Assembly: GCF_000143415.4 (NCBI RefSeq)
Contig: NW_003314261.1
Span: 2,925,266-2,989,265 of the forward strand
Reading direction: 5' to 3'
DNA length: 64,000 nucleotides
Source: Selaginella moellendorffii
Taxonomy: Eukaryota; Plantae; Lycopodiophyta
Positions within the stretch are counted from its first letter, which is position 1; each line of letters opens with the position of its first letter. The translations under genes were made by a program, and so were the position numbers. Below the pieces are notes generated by a model that was not told where the DNA came from, searched no databases, and saw nothing but the letters and a program-made list of their open reading frames with translations. Positions 1 to 10,100 of this stretch are shown one piece after another.

Positions 1-1200
1 ACTAATCAAGTCTTGGAGTAACACTTGCAAAGATAGTTCTTGTGAGTAGGACATGAATACAAAAAGATATATTCTAGTGAACTAACACCTCAAAATTAGC
101 CAGGAGGATAAGACCTTACGAGTCATTGAATTATCAAAGTCCAAAAAGCTAGATAATTTGAGTGGAATCAAAAAATGGTCCTAAAGGACTAATGAAAGCA
201 TTTGGACTAAGGTGTGTTATATCTTACAAAGGACAAGGAGGATTATAAAATCTAAGTATGAGAATAGTGGGTATCTCTTTGATGACAGAATGTGCCATAC
301 TAAAGTTATGGTAAAGGTATATGAACACTAAAGTGTAGTGGTAACTGATAATTGGCATGACAAATGGCTACTTTGGTCTTGGCAAATACCTAAACACTAG
401 TGGGAAGTATCATAAGGGTAAACTTGTAAAGCTGATGGTGTGGAAACACCAAATATGCCAAGGTGTGATGCCTTGAGATTAAGTTAGTGGGTTTATGAGA
501 ACCCCTTACCAAAGAAATTCCAATAGAAATGAAAATGGTATAGCTTAAGTTGGAAGGCATGCAATTAGAGTGTGGTGACCCAAATAATGATTGAGGTGTA
601 GAAGCACTAGCAATGAGTTGTAAGACTTTGACAACTATAAATAAACTAAGCAAAATGTGCAAAATAATTGATTGGATTGGTAAAAGCTAACTACCCAAGA
701 CTTTTTATTGAGGTAAGGAGGTTAAATGTACCCTTCAGGGGGATAAATTGCTTATGTTAAGATATAGTAAGTCAATGTCATAAAGAAAAATGTTCATTGT
801 CAAAAAAAGTCATCATTGAGATACCAAAACACTCTAAAATACAAATGAGTGGTATTTGGAATTATAAAGGAATTAGATAAGGCCCAAAGGACTAAGTCCC
901 TAACAAATAATGGATAAAAGGTGTTATCTGACGGAAGAAGTCTGTCTATCTGAATTGGATAAAACCAAAAAGGGATTTTGGCATGGTTAGCAATAGGTAT
1001 AAAGAGGCCCATGCATAGTGACGTTAATCCCAATATATGGGATTACACAGTGAGCATATCCAGATTTAAGAACCACTCCTTAAGTTATTGAGTAGATTCA
1101 TCCCTAATAATACTTACTAAGGCAAGGGAAGGTGTAAGGCCAAAAAGTGAGTAGTAAAGGGATAAAATTGAATTATAAGAATTGAGGGGCATAACCAAAT

Positions 1201-1519
1201 TGTGAGACACAAATCCTAAAGCCTCAAAAGTAGAGCTGAAAGTGTGCCATATGGTAGTGGCTAAAGCGAAAGCTAAACAAGAGTAACACGTTTGGACTAA
1301 AAGCTTTGATTTGAAAAATTGAAAGCGGGAGTGGAACTCCTAATGAAGTGCTCGAGGAACGAGCATAAAGTAAGCAATAAGTGAGTTTCTAGAAAAGGGA
1401 CATAAGAGGACCAACACATGACATGTGGAAATGTCAAGATGGACCCAAGACGGAGTCCGAGATAGACCTGAGATGGAATTCGAGATGGAGCCGAGATGGA
1501 GTCTGAGATGGAGTCCAAG
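1201..1519 (+). mobile_element. Truncated family-A LTR fragment nested in the old element
   Basis: Starts TGTGAGACACAAATCC like the LTR at 7122 and runs into the gagatggagtcc repeats. Cut at 1520 by a Cassandra insertion. Confidence 0.8.
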
Positions 1520-1860
1520 TGTAAGCAACCAAAGGGAATGACTCGAAATACGATCCATAGGGTTTAAATATAAAGGGAAAGGGCCCATTTACAAGAGTGC
1601 ACCCCCTTTTCCAATTGATTAAGGGTTTTGGGATATTTAGGGTTAAGCGTCTTTGGGTTTGAATAGTATTGGGTTGGGTGACCTCTGGGAAGTCCAAACT
1701 TAGGAGCTTACATTTGGTATCGGAGCGGTCTTGGATCCGACTCTATTGGTTGGCTAAAAGAATGGCACCACATATGTTGATTGACATCTAACAGGTCCAA
1801 TTTGCTCCCGCTGGGCTCAACCTGAGGGGTAGGGTGAAGAGAGCAAAAACTCTAAGTGGA
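1520..1860 (+). mobile_element. Cassandra-type TRIM, 5' LTR (1520-1712) plus truncated internal domain
   Basis: The 193-bp LTR runs TGTAAGC...GCTTACA. PBS tggtatcggagc at 1715-1726 (initiator tRNA-Met type). Bases 1642-1695 match the 5S rRNA internal control region. Confidence 0.85.
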
Positions 1861-2606
1861 TATATGCAATGTAAGAAAATTGATTTGAAAAATAAATATT
1901 ATAATTCTAAAGTATGATAATTATGTTGATGGAGGCTAAGATTACTCCAGAATAAATAGTAAGATTGAGATAAAGAAGGTGTCTTTAATGGGTTTAGTGA
2001 AAACTAAACAAACAAAGGGAGAGAATCATCATATGTGATCTAATAAAACTTTAAGTTAGAGAGACTATGTTCTTTAGAGGATGGGAAAGGCATGGTAAGG
2101 CTCTAATGTTAAATATTAACTTGGTGCTAAAGAAAATAGTAATCCATGATAGAGCTACTTTATGAAATTGTTTATCACTCAATGAGGACATTGAACTTCA
2201 TCTATGGGTGGTGGATTTGTGAGACACAAATCCCTAAGCCCCAAAGTGGAGCCAAAAGGGTGCCATATAGTAGAAGATAAATAAGCATAATACATTTGGA
2301 CTAAAATCTCTAATTTGAAAAGTTGAGAGAAGAAGTGGAATTCCCAATGAAGTGCTCGAGGAATGAGCACGAAATGATCAATAAGTGAGCTTCTAGAAAA
2401 GGAACACAAGAGGACCAATATATAACATGTATATGTCAAAATCAAGTCTGAGATGGAGCTAAAATGGACTTAAGATGGAGTCTGAGAAAGAGTCCGAGAT
2501 GGACTCTAAAGTTAAAGTCTGAGAAGGAGTCTAAGATAAATGCAAAATGGAGTCCAAGAAGGAGTTCAAGATAAAGTCCAATTAGAGTTTAAAAGGAGTC
2601 TAAGAT

Positions 2607-3524
2607 TGTCACAAATATGACTTCGAATATCGAAAGATATTTGTTGGGTAGTCCTTATGGACACTCTTTCTTTACTGCCATGACGGTAGGAGGTTGGTAT
2701 TGCTGGTTCTTTTTATAGTCTCCACTCAAGCTAGTTGAGAAACTGGTCATTGCGTGTGCACTTGACTAGATGAGCATAAGGATGGAATTCCTAAATGCTA
2801 TTAGTCAAGTATACTTGACTTGATTAGAGAAACTCACTCGTTAACTTGCACTTGCTAGTGTTGGGAACCCCCAAGATATTAATATTAGTCCCTCAATATT
2901 GTTACATGGTAACTTACCATGTCCACCAAACACCCTTGCTATTATGTCTTATATGTTGATTTCGTTCCGAATCCATATGTTATTTATGGTAAATGTTTAA
3001 ATCTGTCCAAGAGGCATATCTACAAAATATAGAGTGTTCTAAGCCCTATGGTGTTGTTCCTGCATTCAGATTTGCAATCTAGCACCATTCCATATTTAGT
3101 AAGTTTCACACTTGTCTTAGAGACTAACTCCTGATACTAAGGGAGGCTAAGGGTGAAAGCCCAAAGCGTGTGTCCTCAACGGTACGGGGGTTATGGGGGT
3201 TTTAAATGTATAGTAGGGATAATGGTTGGAATGCAAGTCTGACCACATGAGACATTAGTTTGGCTCTCATTGGGTTGTGTCGCCCCTTGTTCTGCATCCA
3301 GCTTGGGTCTAAGCCCAAACTCCACACTGCTCTAGTTGGTGGGGTACCCTCCTCCTCGCGTTAGGCCACCGGTGTGCCAAAATCATGCTAAACACTGTTT
3401 AACACCATTTAGCATGTAGGTGCTAAATATGGGGAGCTAGTGGTCGTGGGATTGTGAGTGTATTGAACCCTTATTTCGTAACACAACAGGCTTGGAGTTC
3501 GGCTCCAAATTCAAGTGCGCTATA
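2607..3524 (+). mobile_element. Solo LTR, diverged family-B variant
   Basis: Starts TGTCAC and ends gtgcgctata; similar to LTR 44352-45495 except at the 3' end. Flanked by near-TSD aagat/gagat. Confidence 0.75.
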
Positions 3525-3792
3525 GAGATGGAGTCCGAGATGGAGCCCAAAGTTAAGTCCGAGATGGAAACCAATACTGGGTCCAAGATTGATACTAAGA
3601 CCCAGACCAAACCGAGCCTAAGGCCAAGAATGAGTCCAAATTTAAGACCGAGACTGAGACCAAGACTGAGTCCGAGTCCAAGGGTGAAAGCCCAAAGTGA
3701 TCATCTCCCAGACCCTAGGGGGTTTGATGAGCTCCAAAAAGATAATAAGGGGAGGACTCTAGTGGAATCAATTTGGCTAAGAATAGCTAGTG

Positions 3793-4937
3793 TGTAGTGC
3801 ACGTGGTTTTGACCCTTCATCCTATGGTGATTTACCATAGGATAACACCACGAAGCGGAACCTAAACCCTCTTTATGCCACGTGTCATATACCACGTGTC
3901 CAAAGAACAATGGTGCGGAACCCGAGGTTTAGGGCCTTGGGCCACTGAACGAAGGAACGGTGCCAAACTCCCAAGTATAGAGCCAAGGAGTGATGGAACC
4001 GGACCACGGAGCAACTCTCGAGCATATAGCCCAAGGAGCGAAGGGACAGGAGCCCGGAGCGACTTGGAATAGTCCTAGAGCAACCAACATCCTAATGCCA
4101 AGACTAGCACGTAAAACGCAGCCAAACAGAGTTTGGCACTATTTCAGCATACCAGTGGCATAACATGAGGATATAGGTACTCCACCAACTAGCATGGTGT
4201 GGAGCTTGGGCTTAGACCCAAGCCGGACACAGAACAAAGATAGGCACGCAAGCGGGAGCTAAACTATGCCTCAGGTTGGTCAGCCATGCCCAACCTACCC
4301 ACTATCCCTACTATACATTTGGAACCCCCCATATCCCCCCCCCCCCCCCCTCCCCCCCTTGAGGAACACACGCTTTGGGCTTTCACCCCAAGCCTCCCTT
4401 AGTATCAGGAGTTAGTCTCTGGGACAAGCTCAAAACTTACTAAATATGGAATGGCGCTAGATTGCGAATTTGGACACGGGATGAACACCATTGTGTTCAG
4501 GCCAATCTCTACATTCCATAGATATGCCAAATGAGCGAATCTAGACACTTTCCATAAATAGCATTTGGGACCGAAATGAGACTAACACAAAAGGCATGAT
4601 AGCGAGGGTGTTTGGCAGACACGGTAAGCTATCATCTAGTGATATTGAGGGACTAGTCTCAATACGCGAGGGTTCTTGTCAAGCTAGTGCAAGACAGAGC
4701 AAAAGAGAACTAAAAAGCCAGGCTAAGTATGCTTGGCTAAATAGACACTTAGAAATTCTGTCCTTATGCTCATCCGGCCAAGTACAGATGCAAAATCCAG
4801 TTTACTAACACTTGAATAAGAGGGGCTGATAAAGGGTCCAACAATACCGACCTCCTGCCATCATGGCAGTAAGGTAAGAGTGTCCGTAAGGACTAGCTGA
4901 TAGGTAACTTTCGATACCCGAAGTCACATTCGCGACA
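3793..4937 (-). mobile_element. Solo LTR, family B
   Basis: Reverse complement of LTR 44352-45495 with TG...CA ends and a perfect 5-bp TSD TAGTG (3788-3792 / 4938-4942). Confidence 0.92.
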
Positions 4938-4985
4938 TAGTGTGACCAAGGAAGGTTATACCCACAGAGTGGGTGATGATATAAT

Positions 4986-6340
4986 TGTGAGACACAAAAT
5001 CCCTAGGCCCCAAAGTGGAGCCGGAAGGGTGCCATGTGGTAGTGGCCAAAGCGAAAACCAAACAAACGTAACACGTTTGGACTAAAAGCTCCAACTTGAA
5101 AGATCAAGAGCAGGAGTGGAACTCCTAACAAAGTGCTCAAGGAACAAGCACAGAGCATGCAATAAGTGAGTCTCTAGAAAAGGGACACAAGAGGACCAAC
5201 ACATGACACATGGAAGTGTTCGAGATGGAACCAAGATGGACCCAAGATGGACTCGAGATGGAGTCCGAGATGGAGTCCGAGATGAACCCAAGATGGACCC
5301 GAGATGGACCCGAGATGGACCCGAGATGGAGTCCGAGATGGATCTGAGATGGACCCGAAATGGAGCCGAGATGGAGTCCGAGATGGAGTCCAAGATGGAG
5401 TTCGAGATGGACCTGAGATGGAGTCTGAGATGGACCCGAGATGGACCCAACATGGACCCAACATGGACCCGACATGGACCCGACATGGAGTTTGAGATGG
5501 ATCTGAGATGGACCTGAGATGGAGTCCAAGATAGAGTCCGAGATGGACCCGAGATGGAGTCCGAGAAAGACCCGAGATGGAGTCCAAAGTCGAGATCGAG
5601 ACTGGGACCGGGACTGAGACTGCGACCGGGACTGAGACTGAGACTAAGGCCGAGGCCAAGACCGAGCCCAAGCCTGAGTCCGAGTCCGAGTCCAAGTTCG
5701 AGCCTGAGAGGGTGAAAGCCCAAAGCATTTGTCTCCCAGACCCTTGGGGGTTTGGTGAGCTCCAAAAGTATAGTGAGGGGGAGGACTGCAATGGAGCCAG
5801 TTTAGCCAGGAAAGGCCAGTTTGGCCTAGGAAGGCTGTACTCAGGTGTTAGGTGATGAGCTGACCACTGGGCTGTAGGCCTTGACCCAATGGTAGTGTTG
5901 GCAAACACGGCCATGGACAGAAAGGGATTTGGTGGGGACTGGAAAAGAGATACTAGGGAAGGCTATTCCCTATGTCGGTGGGTATCCTAAGGATGCTAAA
6001 GAGTGGATCTGGGATGATCACTCATGGACGGATGGCCTAGTCTTTGAGAGACGGGATTGCAATGCAGGTGGTGTTGGACCACCAGCATGACCTAGGTAAA
6101 TGGGCATGGCCTTAGCGTAACGGGTTGAGAGGTCGGTGGTACCTTGGGGTGTCGGTCATGAGATCGAACACGTAGAGCACTTGGACCAAGTGCAAAAGTT
6201 GAGTGGCATGGATGCCATTCTTGGGGCTAGCAAGCCCCAAGTCGTAACTGGGACTTATGGAGGTTGTGAATGAGACTCCTCCAAGTGGTCGGAGGTGCGG
6301 TTAAGTGACTAAAGTAGAATGGAAAAATTAGTCGCTTACA
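4986..6340 (+). mobile_element. Solo LTR, family A (internally deleted)
   Basis: TGTGAGAC...GCTTACA with perfect TSD ATAAT (4981-4985 / 6341-6345). Lacks the segment equivalent to ~8020-8385 of the full LTR. Confidence 0.92.
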
Positions 6341-7121
6341 ATAATCATTGAGGAGTCCAAGGCTAAAGTGAATGCAAATAAACAAGTGGGGTAATTTGGT
6401 GAAGTGTTCAAGAACCATCTTTAGCTCCCCCAGGAAATTGAATGGTCAATGGTCCCAATCCAAGTGTGGGTGGCACTACATACTTGGATATCTAGCGTGG
6501 CTCATCAAAACCTTGCTATAGCCATATGGCTAGGGCACCCAAAGGTAGAAGGTGGGGAGAGTACCCACGAGGCTCACGTAAAGCCATGGTGTTTCGAAAT
6601 GTCATCCCAAAGTCCCAGACTGTGGAAAGAAAGAAGAGTGGACCTTTTGTGTAGTGATCAAGGGCATAGTCACGTGATGAGGAAGTCCTAGAGGTCAATG
6701 GGACTTGGTGGTAGGGCCTTTGGGCCCTACTCAGTGGCAGAGTTGGTGAACACTACTGAGGACGAAGTGGGATTTAGTAGGGACCAATGGAGGGATATTG
6801 GAGAAGGGTGTTCCTCGTGTTTCTAGGCATCATAAGGGTGTTAAAGTGTGGTCAAGGGATGACTACTTATGGATGGATGGCCTGATCTTTGGGAGATGGG
6901 TCTATAGTATGGGTGGTCTTGGACTACCAATGAGACAAAAGTGAATGGATATAATCTTAGTATAACAAGTTGATATGTCAATGGTATCTTTGGGTGTCTA
7001 TAGTGGGATTGGACACATGAAGCACTTAGACCAAGTGCAAATGTTGAGTGGCATAGATGCCATTCATAAGACTAGTATATCCCTAAGTCATGAATAAGAC
7101 TTATGGAGGTGGTGAGTGAAA

Positions 7122-10100
7122 TGTGAGACACAAAATCCCTAGGCCCCAAAGTGGAGCCGGAAGGGCGCCACATGGTAGTGGCTGAAGCGAGAGCCAAACG
7201 AGCGTAACACGTTTGGACCAAAAGCTCCGACTTGAGAAGTCAAGAGCGGGAGTGGAACTCCCAACGAAATGCTCGAGGAACGAGCACGAAGCGAGCAAAA
7301 GGCGAGGCTCCAAAAAGGGACCCAAAAGGACCAACACATGACATGTGGGAGTGTCCGAGATGGAGTCCGAAGTGGAGTCCGAGGTGGACCCGAGATGGAC
7401 CCGAGTTGGAGTCCGAAGTGGAGTCCGAGATGGAGTCCGAAGTGGAGTCCGAGGTGGACCCGAGATGGACCCGAGTTGGAGTCCAAAGTGGAGTCCGAGA
7501 TGGAGTCTGAGGTGGACCCGAGATGGACCCGAGCTGGAGTCCGAAGTGGAGTCCGAGATGGACCCGAGATGGAGTCCGAGATGGAGTCCGAGATGGAGTC
7601 CGAGGTGGACCCGAGATGGACCCAAAATGGAGTCCGAGATGGAGTCCGAGATGGACCCGAGATGGAGTCCGAGATGGAGTCTGAGATGGAGTCCGAGGTG
7701 GAGTCCGAGATGGAGTCCGAAGTCGAGACCGAGACCGGGACCGAGACCGAGACCGAGATCGGGACCGAGACCGAGACCGAGGCCGAGGCCGAGACCGAGC
7801 CCGAGCCCGAGTCGAGTCCGAACCCGAGTCCAAGTCCGAGTCCGAGTCCGAGTCCGGAGCCTGAGAGGGTGAAAGCCCAAAGCGTTCGTCTCCCAGACCC
7901 TGGGGGGTTTGGTGAGCTCCAAAAGTATAGTAGGGGGAGGACTGCAGTGGAGCCAGTTTGGCCAGGAAAGGCCAGTTTGGCCCAGGAAGGCCGGACCCAG
8001 TGTTGGGTGATGAGCTGCCCACTAGGAAGTCCAAGACTAGAGTGAACACGGACCGACAAGCGGGGTAGCTTGGTGAAGTGTTCAAGAGCCGGCTCTAGTT
8101 CCCCCGGGAGATCGACTGGCCGATGCTCCCAGTCCAAGTGTGGGTGGCACTACCTACTTGGATACCAGGCGTGGCTCAACGGAACCTCGCTCTAAGCCCA
8201 TGGCTAGAGCACCTAAAGGCGATAGGTGGGGAGAGTACCCAGGTGGCTCGCGTAAGGCCACGGTGTTCCGAAATGTCGTCCCAAAGGCCCAGACTGTGGG
8301 AAGGAAGAGGAGCAGTCCTCTGGGGTAGTGACCAAGGACACAGTCGTGTGGTGAGGAAGTCCCAGAGGACCGTGGGACTTAGTGGTCGGGCCTGTGGGCC
8401 TCGATCCAGTGGCAGTGTTGTCAAACACGGCCAGGGGCAGAAAGGGACTTGGTAGGAACTGACAAAGGGACTTTGGGGAAGGCGATTCCCCAGGTCTGTG
8501 GGCATCCTAAGGATGCTAAGGAGTGGATCTAGGATGACCTCTCATGGATAGGTGGTGCAGTCTTGGAGAGACGGGACGGTGATGCCAGTGGTATTGGACC
8601 ACTAGTGCAGCAGAGGTGAATGGGCATGGCCTTAGCAGAACGGGCCGAGATGTCAGTGGTACCTTTGGGTGTCGGTCGTGGGATCGGACACGTGGAGCAC
8701 TTGGACCAAGTGCAAAAGTTGAGTGGCATGGATGCCATTCTCGGGGCTAGCAAGCCCCAAGTCCTGAATGGGACTTATGGAGGTTGTGAATGAGACTCCT
8801 CCAAGTGGTCGGAGGTGTGGTTAAGTGACTAAAGTAGAATGGAAAAATTAGTCGCTTACAATTTGGTATCGGAGCTGTTCCTTAGTCCGACTTTTATTGG
8901 TGCTCAAGTATATCACCACTAGTGTTGGCATCGGAAGGTCCGAGGAGTGGGCCTATCCTTGAGGAGTAGCAAGTCGGGAAGACATGGCTCTCCATTACAG
9001 TTCATGTGTGAACTTGTAAACGAGGTGGTGGATAGAAAAGGGCCAATAATGGAACGACTTTGGGATCTTGGGAACAGTGCAAGGTTTTCCTCATTGAGTT
9101 GAGGATGTGATCCAGATGAGCGTTTGACTTAGCAAACTGGCTAATGTAGTTGTGGTAAACAACTACAGTTGGGATCACGGGAAAGATAAAGACTCCAAAG
9201 CAATAAAGGAGTCACAAGATTTTCCTCATATAGTTGAGGTTGGTGCTCATGAATGTGAGACCAGAAGTAATGACCGTGGGAGGTCAAATACGGAAGAGGA
9301 CTCAAGTCCTTGAAAAGGTAGCCAGGGCTACCTCTAATAAATGCTGGAACAACCCCAGGAGTTGGGGGTATATTAAGTGGATGAGTTAGTGTTCTCATCA
9401 CATGGACAAGTAGTCCTAAGGGGCAAAGGTTGCCCCCAGAGAACAAAATCAAGTGTCGGAGTAACACTTGTGAAAATAGTCCTTTTGAGTAGGACAGGAA
9501 TGCAAGAAGTGTATTCCAGTGAGCTAGTGCCTCACAAGTAGGACCTTACGGGTCTGTGGATTAACCAAGTCCAAAACTGCTGGATGACTCAAGTAGAGTC
9601 AACGGATGGTCCTAAAAGGACTGACGGAAGCATTTGGACTGAGGTGTGTTGTACCCCACAAAGGATGGGGGGGGATCATAGGATCCAAGGATGAGAACAA
9701 AGGGTATCTCATCGATGACAAAATATGCCATGCTAAAGTTATGGGAAAGGTGTTCCTAGAAGAAAACAACTTTGACATAAAGTTGTGTGTGACCTCTATG
9801 GGGCAGTGCTAACGGATGGTTGGCATGAGAAACAGCGGTGTTGGTCTTGGCAAAGACTTAGACACGAAGGGGAAATGTCATAGAGGTAGGCTCATGGAGC
9901 CGATGGTGTGGAGACACCAAATGTGCCAAGGTGTGATACTTTGAGGCTATGTTGGTGGGTTCATGAGAACCCCTTGCCAAAGGAATCCCAATGGAAATGG
10001 GAATGGCATAGCCTAAGCTGCAGAGCATGCAGTTGGAGTGTGGTGACCCAGATAATGATGGAGGTGTGAAAGCACCAAGCAATGAGTTGTAGGACTTGAC

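Larger units (their letters stand above)
1..2217 (+). mobile_element. Internal region of an old, degenerate family-A LTR element (5' part outside window)
   Basis: Collinear with the internal region of the intact family-A copy (~9445-12928), with many C>T/G>A changes and a large deletion near 1860. Ends in a PPT-like gggtggtggatt just before the LTR start TGTGAGAC at 2218. Confidence 0.85.

Noticed and set aside
1642-1695. 5S rRNA gene
   Set aside because: Only the internal control region is present, embedded in a TRIM LTR. The 5' part and terminator are missing.
7352-7862. Regular short repeats resembling a CRISPR array
   Set aside because: There are no unique spacers and no cas genes, and the context is a eukaryotic LTR.
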